Shown here: piece after piece, positions 50,231 to 63,314 of the stretch
How the letters are laid out: each line of letters opens with the position of its first letter
How positions within the stretch are numbered: the stretch's first letter is position 1
NCBI GenBank assembly: GCA_907165135.1
Contig: OU015566.1
Coordinates: 6,696,001-6,760,000 of the forward strand
Direction of reading: 5' to 3'
DNA from: Oikopleura dioica
Taxonomy: Eukaryota > Animalia > Chordata
Length of the DNA stretch: 64,000 bases
Notes under the pieces: model-generated
What the model saw: only the letters and a program-made list of their open reading frames with translations
The model's database searches: none
Told to the model about the DNA's origin: nothing
Made by a program: the position numbers and the translations under genes

Positions 50231-51289
50231 ATGAGCTCCTCAAGAGAGAACTTCTTTTACGGGTTTTCAATAGCTCTGATATTTTGTTGTATCGGAGGAT
50301 TGGTATCTTAATTTGTTTTTTTTGAAAAGATAAATAAGGATAATTTTGAGATGAAAGAAACATCGGAAGATGTTTTTGCGAATTTTACATTAGCGAAATT
50401 TGTCGATGTCATTGCAGATGGAAAAGGTAACGGCCAAAAACCATCACTTCAATCAACGAATTAAGTTATCAGAGCTTTGATTGGGGAAGCTGAGCATTTC
50501 ACCGGTGCCAAATTGTTTTGCGAAGCCAACAACGCCCAACTTCCTCATGAAAAACTTGACATTCTGAACAATAAAAGCCATAGTTATTGGATCGAGGTGG
50601 AGGTTGAAAATGAACTCCACGACCCGCAGCTTTTGGAGGCTTTGGAACATTTCAAGAAAATTTCGGCGCACAGCAACGCTGCTGTTTCTATCATAATGGA
50701 ATTTTCTTCGCAGTTAGCGCTTCCAGAAAAAAGACGCTCGACTTGCATCTACCTCCACCACATGGAACTTCAAGACTCAATCTTTGGTGACTTTGATCGA
50801 AGGATCGATGATCACCAGGTAAACTAGACACCATAAAAATCGGAAAATGAAATTATTTATTAGTTTGTTTGCAAAACCGATGTTTTCGACGATAAAAATC
50901 GAGTAAAAATCATCAACGACTACAAAGTAAACTGTGATCTTCTTCAAATCAATGCGACTTTCTTGGATCAGTACCGACTATGGGACTTTTCTCAAAGGGA
51001 TGAGACTTGGGTGATTGTTAACAAAAAGCTATCAGGAGAGTTTCACAACGACAGTATCATCTCTGTCATCTCTAGACAAATCGGATATGAGATAGAAGAA
51101 GATCTCGTAAATAAAACTGGCTTTCCTTGGTGCGAAGGCCAGCCAGACCAACCTCAAGGTATCTTTTGGGCTTATGATCAGTTTGTCGTTGTGGACAACG
51201 CTTCAAAATTTAATCGGTTAACCTGCCATTTCGAATAATATTTATTTTGCAAAATAATATTTAGGAAATTTCTCTGCCTTCCAGACTGA
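50231..51289 (+). pseudogene. Type II membrane C-type lectin-like paralog 1 with a nonsense codon
   Basis: Collinear with paralogs 2 and 3 (FCC TM segment, EAKLFCE, YWIEV, GFPWCEGQP, KFLC). TAA at 50309-50311 occupies the codon that is Phe (TTT/TTC) in the paralogs. Confidence 0.8.
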
Positions 51290-51586
51290 TGCAGTCGATT
51301 ATCCCGCATTCAGCTCTTCGCAAAAATAAAGCTACACCATCATACTGCTCCTTTAATTTCGACAAATACAGTCTTAATATTTTCACGCGTTATATATTTC
51401 AGCCTTCAATGAAGCCCCTCATATTGTTGCCGTTATCAATATGTCGAATATATAGAACGCTAGTTTGGCGAACTCGCCATGGAAAATGTATTGACATGTC
51501 TTTTTTTCAACTCGAGTAAATAAAGCATGTCTTCATTTTTCAGTTACATTTTTGAGAAAGAAGTTCTTCGATTAAATCAAATAAAA

Positions 51587-52591
51587 ATGGGTCTTTCTTC
51601 GACAAGCATCATCTATGGTTTTTTAATATCGATCATTTTTTGCTGTAGCGCTGGATTGGTATCTTTTACTGCTTATCAACACTTAATTGCGAAGAACCAA
51701 GAACTGAGAGAAACTGAGGATATGTTTGCCAATTTTTCAATAACGAAAAAATTTCAAGTATCGATTTCTGGCAAAGGTAACTTTATTAATTTATTCGAAA
51801 AACTTATTTTTTGAAGAAATAAGCGCTTTAATTGGAGAGGCTGAAACTTACGATGAAGCGAAACTCTTCTGCGAATCAAAAAATGCTCACATTCCGACTG
51901 AAAAACTTGAATTTCCGAACAACACAAGCCATGATTATTGGATCGAAGTTGATGATAAAAATGAAGTTCGTGATCCTCAGCTCTTGGAGGCAATGGAATT
52001 ATTTGAAAAAGTTTCGTCGCATGAAAATGTTACTGTTTCGCTCATGACTAACAAGAATTGTCTTTTTGTGATTGACAATATTCAGCCATTAATATGGAAA
52101 AACTTTGACCAAGAAAAACTCAATCACCAGGTACATAATAAGCCATAGATCAACTGTTCTAATAAGCGTTCTTTTGCTCAGTATATTTGCGAAAAGGACG
52201 TTTTTGACGATCAGAATCGAGTAAAGATCATCAACGACTACAAAGTCGACTGTAAGCTCTTACAACTTAATTCAACATTCCTGGAGGAACATCAGCTTTG
52301 GGACTATCAGTTCGAAAACAAGACTTGGATAACAGAAAATAGAAAACTTTACATATCTCCTGTTCTTTCCGCTCCTTTTTCGAAACAAATTGGATATGAG
52401 TTTGATAAAAATCTCCACAATTTAACTGGATTTCCTTGGTGCCCCGGTCAACCTGCTCAGCCGCAGGGAATCTTATGGTCAACCTTTGAATTTCTCGTTG
52501 TCGATGGAACCTCACATGCTAAGTGGTAAACAAAAATAGCAATGAACTTCATATAACAAATTTTAGGCCATTCCTGTGCATCCCAAACTAA
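51587..52591 (+). CDS. Type II membrane C-type lectin-like paralog 2
   Basis: MGLSSTSIIYGFLISIIFCC TM segment, EAKLFCE, YWIEVD, GFPWCPGQP and last micro-exon WPFLCIPN*; intron positions shared with the paralogs. Confidence 0.85.
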
Positions 52592-52821
52592 AATGGATCG
52601 ACTCTACTGTTTAAACCTTTGACTGAGAATCATTCATTTCTATTTTAATATTGACAACAGTAAGATAAGCCAATACCCCCGATAATCATTACTCTTCTTA
52701 TCAATATTATGTTTATAATATGTAAGATTTGTAATATTTCTTGTTCACTAAGCATGATAAACGAACATGAAGACAACATAAGCAGTTTCATGTGGATTCT
52801 TCGTTGAGTAAGCATTTCGAA

Positions 52822-53852
52822 ATGAGAGCATCTCGAGAGAGCATTGTTTATGGCTTTTGCATTTCGTTCATTTTTTGTTGCAGCATTGGATTGATGTCTT
52901 TCACTGCTTATGAAAAGATAACAGCGGCGAGTTCTAAGATGAAAGAACTCGCAGAGGATATTTTTTCCACTTTTCCAATTTCAACAACCGTCCGTGTCAT
53001 CGTTTCGGGGAAAGGTACCGTCGCCAGTGAGCTAAGAAACTACTATAATCTTAAGAAACGAGAGCTCTTATTGGAGAAACAATGCATATAAAAGAGGCAA
53101 AAGTGTTTTGCGAAGAAAACAATGCACACTTTCCGCATGAAATTGTTGAATTTCCAAACAATATAAGGCATGATTACTGGATTGAGGTTGCTGATGAAAA
53201 TTTGGTCAAAGATTCAAGACTATTAGAAGCATTAAAACGGCTCAAGGAGATTTCAATGCATGATAACGCGACAGTTTCAATTAGTGTTGCGCAGTGGTAT
53301 GAGTCAAAAGATGATACTTGTATCTATCTTGAGGAAAATATCAATTCCAAATATTCTAGTTTTGATATTAGACGAAACGATCATCAGGTATATTACAGGT
53401 AATTTGCAAAGATCGTTTAATTTTTATTCCAAAAGTATGTCTGTAAAAATGATGTATTCGACGATGAAAATCGAGTGAAAATCGTCAACGATTATAAGGT
53501 GAATTGCGAGCAGTTGAAAATCAACTCGACTTTCTTCGAAGAATTCCATCTCTGGAATTATCTTTATGAGAACAAAACATGGATAGTGGACAACAGAAAA
53601 CTCCTCGGAGAATTTCACAATAACGGTATTATTTCGGTTCGATCGAGACAGATTGGTTACCAGTTCGAAGAAGATCTCCCCAATAAATCTGGTTTTCCTT
53701 GGTGCCAAGGACAACCGGACACGCCGCAGGGAATAATGTGGTCCGATGGTGAATTCATTGTTGTTCATGGAAGCTCAAAAGCTGATCGGTATGAAACATG
53801 AATTTTCTAAGTTAAGATTTTATTCAGAAAATTTCTTTGCATTCGTGACTGA
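52822..53852 (+). CDS. Type II membrane C-type lectin-like paralog 3
   Basis: MRASRESIVYGFCISFIFCC, EAKVFCE, YWIEVA, GFPWCQGQP, KFLCIRD*. Confidence 0.85.
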
Positions 53853-54345
53853 AGGAAGAGTCTTCTTATTCCTCGTGATAACTGTTAATAAAGCACTGAT
53901 CCTTACCATTTTCATACTTGAATCAAGGTTCTTGATTTCTTCGTTACGTCAAAGTTTCTTCTTGTACAAGGTTGCATAAGAAAACATTTTCATCGATGGA
54001 TTTTATGAACAACGCTTCTAAACATTTTGATTGTTCATGTTGTTAACATGTACAGTGTACATCGTACACCTTTCGATATGTTTGGCATTCTTCAACTTCT
54101 TTTTACATTTCCAAATCACTTGGCATTTAGGTTTTGCCGAGCAGAGAATGATTTTAAAAAATAATCTCACCTCGTTCATTTTTCTTTTTACAATCACCGC
54201 GTCCCTGTAAGAGTTTTATCCAAACTGAGCCTAAATCTTTCTAGCGTCTTTGTGATTTTACAATTCATTCTTCCAGAAAAACTATCAATTTACGACGGTG
54301 AAGACCCATTCGCATTTTTCTTTCGACCGTAAGATTTATCACCAA

Positions 54346-55240
54346 GAAAATGACGATGAGACAGAATTTTTTCAGTAATAGTCGCAAGTTGACACAAAGA
54401 CGGATTAAGAAGATTGAAGAGGATCTCAAAATTTATATTGATGGAAAAGGAAAGTTATAGAAAAGAAGTTGCTTATGGCGGAATAAAATATCTCTCTAGT
54501 GGTTCAAGGAAGGCATCACCAGGAAAAAGTTCAGTACAATGAAGCCAAAGCAATTTGCGAGGCAGAAAATGCCACACTTCCATACTCGCCCTTCAGAGTT
54601 ATCGAAAGTGATCATTCCTACGGATCGATTTTCTGGGTCCACGAAAACGAAGAGTCAAGAGCAGCATCTGAAGATAATAACAGGAAAAATCTGAGCGTCG
54701 AGTATGTAGGAGGAGGAGTAACCAAATGCGCAATTTTACGTAAGTTTTCCACTGAAAAAGTTGTCTATAAATCATTAAATCAGGTTCGGACCTGGCGAAT
54801 CCTAATGTTCCTGATGCATTTATCTGTGCAGACGAAATTTACGACGAGCTTGGGCGGATAATAATTCAGAAAAATCTAACGATTGGATGCCCGATTTTAA
54901 AACTGACATTTTCTTTTCTTCGTGAACAGAAAATTGACAATGGATATTATGGAGAACATGTCATAATTCGAAACCTCTCTAACAAAAAAACTCCTATTAC
55001 ATCGTATGAAAGGGTCATCATTCTTTCTTTTACAGCTTTTTAGAATTATGAGTGGGTTCACAAGAGCGGATTATTCTAAAAAAGAAACTGGGATAAAATG
55101 GTGCAGGTAAATTATTTGAAATTTTCTTACAACAAACTTCTTTCTTACCGTGTTTAGCGGACAACCAGTTGAGCTCACTCCGGGCAGAAGAATGAGAGAG
55201 CTCGACCATCAAATAATAGGCGGCTATTCTTATTCTACGT
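54346..55240 (+). CDS. Divergent C-type lectin-like paralog 4
   Basis: IYIDGK|VVQGRHH...YNEAKAICEAENATLP...IFWVHE...KCAIL...TGIKWC|SGQP. The 5' and 3' ends are uncertain. Confidence 0.65.
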
Positions 55241-55744
55241 GAGGTCTTTTATAATTATCATTCATAAATAATATTTAAAGGGCCGCGACTTTATGCTTAC
55301 CGAAAAATTACCAGAGCCTGAACAGTTCTTTTACTGAGCTAGAATGAAATAAAATTTGATGAACTTCAAGATATAAACCTTTTCCCCTTCTTGTTTTTCT
55401 TTTAATAACTGAAAGTGGCAAACCTCGATGACGCTGATTTCCCTAATCCATAGGGGCACGTTTCACTTTTAGACTGGCGACCGAAATTAAGGGTACATGC
55501 TTCAATATAAAATCGACAGGCGTTTATCACTTGAGGGTGCACTGAAGCTGCATCATGTCAAACAGCAAACCTTTTGGCGTGCGGAGTGTGCCCGAATCGA
55601 TTTCCATCTTTAAATAAATATTGCTTCACACTTACTTTTTTCAGATAAGTTTTTTTTTATTTTTGCTAAAGAGAAAGATTGAAGGATGAACTCACAAGTA
55701 AGTTTATAGCTTTTCCGTGCTTGAATTACAGTTTCTTGCAGTAT

Positions 55745-56823
55745 ATGCCCGAAGGTGCGTATGGAGGAGGACTAGGAGGCGATGCTTTTGACCCTTTTGC
55801 TTATATTCACAAACCAAGAACTTGGGTCAGGTAGGCCTCCAAAAAACCCCTGGAAAAATACAGGCTTTTCAGAGCACTATGTGTTGGCATATCCTTATTT
55901 CTCACAATCAGCTCATCAAAAACTATCCACGAAGAAGGATGTGCCTTTGGACCAACAAGCAGTCTTTGCTCCGCAATGAAATTCTTCTCTGTCTTCGGTT
56001 CGTTATTTTATTGAGATTTTTAAGAAAGTGAATTTAAGCACTGCTGCTTTCTATTTTGCTAATTGTGCTCGACGTTTTCTTCAATAAAATAACTTCTGTA
56101 TCAAAGAGGAAAAAGGCTATTCTTGCTGAAGGAGGGCTGACTGGTGGATTGGTGTTTTCTTTCTTTATGACTTTCTTGTAAGACTCTTGAAAGACCATAA
56201 TGTCATTTTGCATTAAAAATTTTTGTATATTTAACTTGATAAATAAGCGATAACAAACTATCAATTTTAGGATTGATATTGTCGACTACGTCATGACGTC
56301 CTTTTAATTCAACTCTATTTCAGTATATGCGCGATCCGATGGGCTGCCATGGACGAAAACCCGCCAAATACATCAGCAGTGAACTCATCTTTATTCCTCC
56401 TTTTCCTCGCCGTTGCCGCCTGGGGATCATCTGGCTTTTTCGTGTAAGTCTTTAGTTGACCAGCGATTCATTTCTATAGCCAATAGTAGCAGCTCTTGAA
56501 AAGTCAATGCTGCTACTTGCTTGCTGCAAGTTTAATATTTTGAAAGCTTAATCATCTTTTCGCCGAAGATCGATTTGGTGACAGGTTTTTAGCTACGAGA
56601 ATTACAAAGAAGGTGTTCAAATTAATTTTGCCAATGGCTACATTGATCCAGATCAGGGAATTCCAAATCAATTCACGCCAAACCAGGTAGATCGAACCCG
56701 TCTCTGGCAAAAGGTCAATGCTACCCATTTCAGGATGGAACTGATGGAATTCTAGACGGGCCAGAGGACAGCTATCAAACGCAACAGAATCAGCAGGAAC
56801 AGTATCTAAGACTAGATGAATAG
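55745..56823 (+). CDS. Syngr: Synaptogyrin (MARVEL-domain tetraspan)
   Basis: MPEGAYGGGLGGDAFDPFAYIHKPRTWVR, LDVFFNKITSVSKRKKAILAE, four hydrophobic segments and a Q/Y-rich tail ending LRLDE*. Confidence 0.9.
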
Positions 56824-57169
56824 AAGATTTTGGTTCGCTATATATACTTATTCTCCATCATATCATCAATAAATTTATACTATTCTACGACTATTGAGTC
56901 TGCTGTGGCCAAGAAATCAATAGAAACTATGCACATGTATAGGTCAAAGATAAGAAATATGGCAGTATCTTGCTTTTATTCGATCCGAGAGGCACAAGTC
57001 TTGTACAGTCATTATAGAAAATAGTCTGGTCGACGGTAATACTAGTTGGCTAGTTGAACTGGCTTTCTTGGTTGTTGAATGTTGCACTAGAAAAGGGAAA
57101 TTTTGGTCATTTATTATTTATTCAAAATCCGCACTAAGAGAAATTTTTGAACATTCATTCTAAGAAAAC

Positions 57170-60100
57170 TTACACTGGAGGTCTTGAAAATGTGTCTGGC
57201 ATATCCCAAGGTCGAATCGCATCTTCATAAGGCTTAAATATGATGTTACTCATCAATTATTTGACGACATCCTTACTCGATAGGCAGTAGAGTTGGTGTA
57301 CGGATTCTGGAATGCTTCGGGATAAGATGAGCTTGGTGGCCAAGACTAAGGAAAAATTGTTAGTCTTCGTTGTTTTCAATAATTTTCGATCTCACTTGTG
57401 GAACTGGCTGCGCCCAAGATGGCGTAATCTGCGCTGGCTGAGGATGAGCTGTCTCGACATTTGACTTATTTGGGAGCGGGTCATCTGGCTGTTCGGTTTT
57501 GACTTCGTCAGTGGGAGTTACAGTGTTGCTCGCTGGAGTGGCCCCTTGGGACGCTTCTCCGTTGATCCCTGCCAAAGAGTTGGATACTTGAGATGGGGAA
57601 AGCGCTTCGGTTTTGACATTTTCGGCCTTTTCGGATTTCACGCTGTTTTCTCCGTTCTGATAAATTGAAATCAATTCCTTCTTTCAAGAAAAAAAAACTG
57701 ACCTGTTCGTCGCCAGAAAGATCGGGATCGGACTTGTCATCGTGCTCCATGCTTCCGTCCTTGTTAGTTTTGCATTGTTGCTCCCTTTTGTACTTCATTC
57801 TTCTGTTCTGGAACCAGACTTTTACTTGTCTTTCTGTCAGATCAAGCATTGAGGCTATTTCGATTCTCCTCGGCCTAAAGATGCGTTTTACTGATTTGTA
57901 GAAGGATTTTTATCAAGTTAAAAATCTTTGAATCCGGGAGCGCTGATAAAGACCTCAGATAATAGCTTGTAATGATCGATAAGGGATCACTTCCTGCAGC
58001 TGGACCACTAGAAGTACCAAAGATCACATGGATCATATAAAAGAAAAATGATTTTTCTGGCAATCACTTTTCCGTTTTAAGTTATAACTTATAACTAAGA
58101 TGTCAATGGATAAAATGAAACAAGAATCAACAAGATTTTTGGTTTAATAATCAAAAAGCAGATTATCAACCCTGAGATGTTATTTATTGACCTCATGTAC
58201 TGTCTCAGAGTACTGACTCCTGCTCCAAGCCTCCTTCTCTTTATAAATAAAAGGATTAAACCACAGACTTCCGGAAATTCCGGACCGGAATAAACGTGTC
58301 TAGATCAATCAAGCGCTAATATCTCCCTTCTGGAGTGATTAAGGTGGGTTCATTTCAGCGCAAGACGTGAAGGCATTACTCGTGATTACTTGTGAATGAG
58401 TTTTTAATCACAACGGGTCATTTTTTGCGATTTGAAGGTCCTAGCCACCTCAAACGAGCTCGCCTAATTGAGCTCACTTTGATTTATTATCATTCTAGCG
58501 CCGCACTATTCACCATTAGAGGCGATTATTACGCAACCAAAACTCCCAAATAAACTTACCTGCAAAGATATTTGTTGAAGTGAAACTCTTTTTCGAGCTC
58601 TATCAGTTGCGTATTCGTGTAAGCAGTTCGCAGTCGTCTCGATCCTGGTGCCTTCGTTCCTAAAAGAATAGTTGAAAAAAAGCGATAAATTGATGATTTC
58701 ATGTTTGGAGCTAGATTTTCTTTGAAACAAGCATTGATTTTTAGTTCCAACAAAGGCGGAACAATAATTTTATGGAATAAACCTACCAGTAGATGGCCAT
58801 TTTTCTTATAAAAAACAGCCTTAAAAATTGTGAGCACAAAATATTTCGATTACAAAATGGCTGCTTATAGCTGACCACTATTAACTACAAAAAAGTGATT
58901 TTCAATTTTAATGTTATTTATGATTTATCATATTTCAATAAAAAAAATTGAAAGTACAGTATTTCTCGTAAGGCTTATATTGAATGAAAAAATAAAAGTG
59001 TTGTTTTTTTTTTATTTCTCAGTTTGCGCTACTGAAGCAATCCACTTGACATCTTGACCCATGATTCTCGGTTAGGTACGGTTGTGGCACTCAAGGGTGC
59101 GCCGGGCTCAGGCCGCTTTTTATCTCTGCTAACGAGCTTCTCCCTAAGTGTATCGGCATTCCATGGGCGCGGATGTGGCGGCTAAAATTACAGCTTTCAA
59201 GCGAAGATTTCGCATTTTCGCTAGAACGGCGGCAACAGAGCACCGCCTGGCCTCGCTCCTCATTCAATTGCAGCCGCGCTCGTTGGCGACGGGATGGAAA
59301 AACTCGTTACCACAAGTGGATAATCGACAGGCAGCCCTGGCCCCGGCTCGATCTTTCTGAACCTATACCAGCGCCTAAGTGCCAGTTAGCAATGTAGGCC
59401 AACGGAGAAAATGAGGAGGACGCTTCAAAAAGAAAGAAAAAAAGCTCTTTTGACATTTGCCCTTCAAGAATCTAAAAAGTCCCGAGCGAGAAGCCGCTTG
59501 CGGCTTCGAGTAAAGAAAATATTGAGCCGCGCAAAGCGCGGCTTTTCGTTAATTCTTTGCTCGAAGCCGCAAGCGGCTTCTCGGTTTTCTAGAGCCTTTT
59601 TTGACAAGTAAACTCGACGGAAAAAAGTTAACTTTCAAAAAGAATTTGATTGAAAAATTTCTTAGAAATTTTTTTCTTTGCTTTCGAATATTAGAAATCG
59701 TCGTTTTTTTCTTTCGGTGGTCGTGACCGCACTGTCGGGGGAAAATTAGTTTCTGGATTTGGTGGTGGCGGTGGGACAGAGTGTCGCACGCCTCGCCGGC
59801 ACCAACATCTCTTTAGTCTATTAATATTTAATTTTACGCATTTTTGTCAAGCGCATTCAGGCGAAGATACTACAGAACAAAAAAACTCGTGTTTAAATTA
59901 ACCTTGACGCGAGATTTGGTGTTCTGAGCTCTCTCTCTCGCCGTTCCGCTCTTTTCGAAAATGATGTTTTAGTAATTAGAACAGGTGCATTCGGGCACAG
60001 AGGCAGAGAGGCACAAATGTTTGGAAATATTTGGCCAGCTCTGCGGCGGAACTTTGATGAATTCAGCTTTTTTCGACTGAGAATTATTTTTAGACAAAGT

Positions 60101-62329
60101 TAAAAAAAAGTCAAACAGGTATAGAAATTTAATGAGTGTTTTATTTCAATATTTTTTTGATAAGAAAACTTGCCCAGGGTATTTGGATAGTAGACCATAC
60201 AACTCAAATTTTTGTTTTCATTTTGTAAATCGTTATTTGTCAGAAAATCAGCAAATACATCTCTACAATGTTAAGCATATAAGGCAAAATCATTTTATTT
60301 TTCGATAAAATCATCCCTTAGATGCGTCTTTTATTCACGAAAATAGCGCCATCTTGCATAAAATTACTGTTCCGCTTTCATTGATTACCAAAGTCGATAG
60401 TATCGAGAGAAGTAAGGAACTGTCTATACCGTAAAATTCAAGCCCTAAATTGATTCCCAGAAAAAAATTTGATGAATTCAGCTCTTCTTCAATTGAGAAT
60501 TATTTAAGACAAAGTCAAAAAGCATCAAAACTACGAAATATATTGAAGATATTTTATTTCAAACGAATTTCTTGGAAAAAGGGAGGCTCAAGTGTATAAC
60601 AAACTCTTTTGCTTCATTTTTGAAGCTTTTTTCTGAAATTGGATTCATCGACTAGCTTGAGTTAATTCATTTTGTGTTTTAGTGAAAGAACTCCTCAAAG
60701 GCGTCTTTTATTTGCAAAAATAGCGCCATCTTGCATAAAATTATTGTTCTGCCTCTATTGGTTACCAGAATCGATATAAAAGGCAATAAGAGTGTCGTTA
60801 ACCATAAAATTGAAGCCCTAAAGTGATTCCCAGAAAAAATTGTTTCTTTTTACAAACTTAGAACCTTAAAAATTCCAATAATTTGTGACTCTAGGGCTCT
60901 GAATCGATGTATAATTGGTTGGAACACTGATAATCACCTGCTGACTGGGGAATACTAGAGTTAGATCATTACACGTAGCAAACGAGAGTTTAATTTTCTC
61001 TTCAATTATTACCGAGCTCCAACGGTCAAGTAATTTCTATAAAGAGGCCATTTGCCGATTATGACACAAATTTCGCTCGTTAGAAACTTAACGAACTCCT
61101 GATGAAGCACAACTATCCAAACTCATCACAAGAACTCATTAGACTCCGCTCTCACGATTCTGCTGATATCAAAGAAGAGAATTACGCTTCCTTCTTTTCG
61201 AGGTGGATTTTTAATGGTCTTGCTTTTAATGAGAACCCCCGTGGATGAGCTCTTAATTCCTTCCCAGTTCAACTTAGCGCATCTGTCCCTCATTAGGTAG
61301 GAGTGCGATACAGCTCAGAGGGTATTTAACGTGGGAAAGTGATGTAAAGTTTGGTTGATTTCTTCCGAGATTTTGAACGCTAATGAGAGCGCTAATTGCA
61401 CTATCCACGAGTGAGAGTGGCAGAGCTGATTATGTTAATCACATTACGTTGCGCTAATTAGTTCAATGCTTGTTTCCGGCACTGGATAATTAAAGAATGC
61501 TTCGAGGATCAGAAGATAAGCAAATCTTTTGTCTAAAAATATCCAACTTACTTGGTTTTTGGTCCCCAACTTTCTTCGGATCGCTCCACGGAGATAGCCC
61601 GTTATATAAATCTGGGGCTCCTGGAATCACAAAATTAATGTTTTATCGACTCATTTGTCATTTACCGGCATGAGTTTGCCCGTATGCATTTCCGAAAGGA
61701 GTGTTGAATGGCATGCCAGGGTAGGAGCCAGCAGAATGGGCGGCGTAGTTGTAGTAGTTGGAGAGGTGGGGCGAGATCTCAGAGGAAAGGGAGGAATAGT
61801 CGCCGGTTGTGGGGCCCAAAGATGAGTATGGGAAGCTCTTGAAGATAAATTTTGATTTTTCAGAAATCATATGTAAATTATTTTTGAGAAAAATGAATAA
61901 TTATTTGCTCAGCAACAGTTGACTTTAATATAATAGGTTGTTTAATATCGAACCAATTCTGAATTTATTTTTCTACTAGATATGATTTCAATCTACCTTG
62001 CTATCATAATTGCCCGCTGCGGATCCATATGGCGGCCAAAAAGAACTCATTCCTGTAGAAGGAACGAGTGAAGAACTTGCTTGAGAATGTTGAGGCATTC
62101 CAGTCGTCGGTAAATTCAACGAGAGGCCACCAGTTGCTTCTGAAGAGGTTGGGAAGGATAGATTTGATTGAGGACTTTCAAGAAGAGGTTCGATTTTTCC
62201 AGGAGTGGGAATGACTGGCTGAGGAAGCTGAGAAGGTTGAGAGCTGGAGACGGATTGAGTGTAGTCGAAAGGATTGTGCGCGACGGGTAGACGCGGTTCG
62301 GAGGACATTCCGACCAAGTCTTCGGTCAT
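57170..62329 (-). CDS. Hox2: Hox paralog group 2 (proboscipedia-like) homeobox gene
   Basis: [27 protein letters not shown]|[30 protein letters not shown], with an intron at about 57873-58556. Ser/Pro-rich 5' exons and LSPWSDPKK precede a 2.9-kb intron. Confidence 0.95.
58261..58500. promoter_or_regulatory. Candidate enhancer in the Hox2 homeobox intron
   Basis: TGATTGAT (minus strand, 58304-58311), TGATTTAT near 58480, three CCGGAA cores at 58269-58290, and many TAAT/ATTA motifs. Confidence 0.35.
59485..59582. repeat. AAGCCGC hairpin cluster related to the MITE family
   Basis: GAAGCCGC-TT-GCGGCTTC, AGCCGCGC-AAA-GCGCGGCT and GAAGCCGC-AA-GCGGCTTC. Confidence 0.6.
60053..60842. repeat. Diverged tandem duplication (about 415 + 375 bp) in the large Hox2 intron
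   Basis: TTTGATGAATTCAGCT...GCGTCTTTTATT...AAATAGCGCCATCTTGCATAAAATTA...AAGCCCTAAA.TGATTCCCAGAAAAAA occurs twice. Confidence 0.85.
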
Positions 62330-63314
62330 CAGAGCGTTTTGGAGAATCCTTAAAAACAAAGTCAAACGTTGGCGCTATCGTTTATCTTCAAAACTCGCAA
62401 GAGCGTAAGTTACACTCGTGCTACCATGCCCGTCATATATACAAATGTGCATACGCGGGTCGCCAAGGTCGCCCAGGTCGTAAACAAATCAGATACCGCG
62501 CCTGACCCGGCCGCTAAACAAAATTTCCAGCAAAAAAAAACTTTCTTTCATATTTTGAAACTGAAGTGCTTGCTTTTGAAAAGTGGAAATTCCGCCGCCA
62601 GTGGAAGCGGCACACGAGCGGATATGCGCGCTTTTAATTGGAACTTGTGAGCACGCGGATGCGCGAAGATGGCGCTAAAGGAAGCTATGAATGGCCAATC
62701 AAATTTATTAGATAATAGTTAGAGTACTTTATATTAAATTTTGAAATTTCGTCATTGGGTAACTATTATTGCTATTGCTTCTTGGCTTTAAATTATTAAC
62801 TCAATCTATAGCAAATTTATAAATTCCAAAAAGACATTATAAATAACAAAACTATGGTGCATTTCAAGACCGCGCTAAAACTGATGAGGCATTTTTAAAT
62901 AAATAAAATATGAAATTATTGATTTACTTTAAGCATCTACTAAGAAAAATAGGAGCGGAAGTCAATTATGAGTAAAGAAGGTCTAATCGCTCTTTGGGGA
63001 TGCCAGGTTCAGTCCAAAGGAGGTAAATGAGTTTTTAATTTTCAAAGCGCTCGTGCCCGCGAATACTTCAAGACTCATTAGGAAGGAACATGCTGACCCC
63101 GCTCGTAACATCTTTCAAAAAACGAAGCGTCTATTTAGAATGACAAGTAGAATTTTTAAGTTTATTTACCGAGCATTTTTCTTCCTTGATTTCACCTTCG
63201 ATTTTTCTCTAAGAGTTTTAAAGACTATTAATTTCTCTATTTAAAATTTTGTTATAACTTCCGATAAGTTTTTTTCGATCTCTAGCTGTGGCGTTTTTTG
63301 CACGAGAGGGTTGA

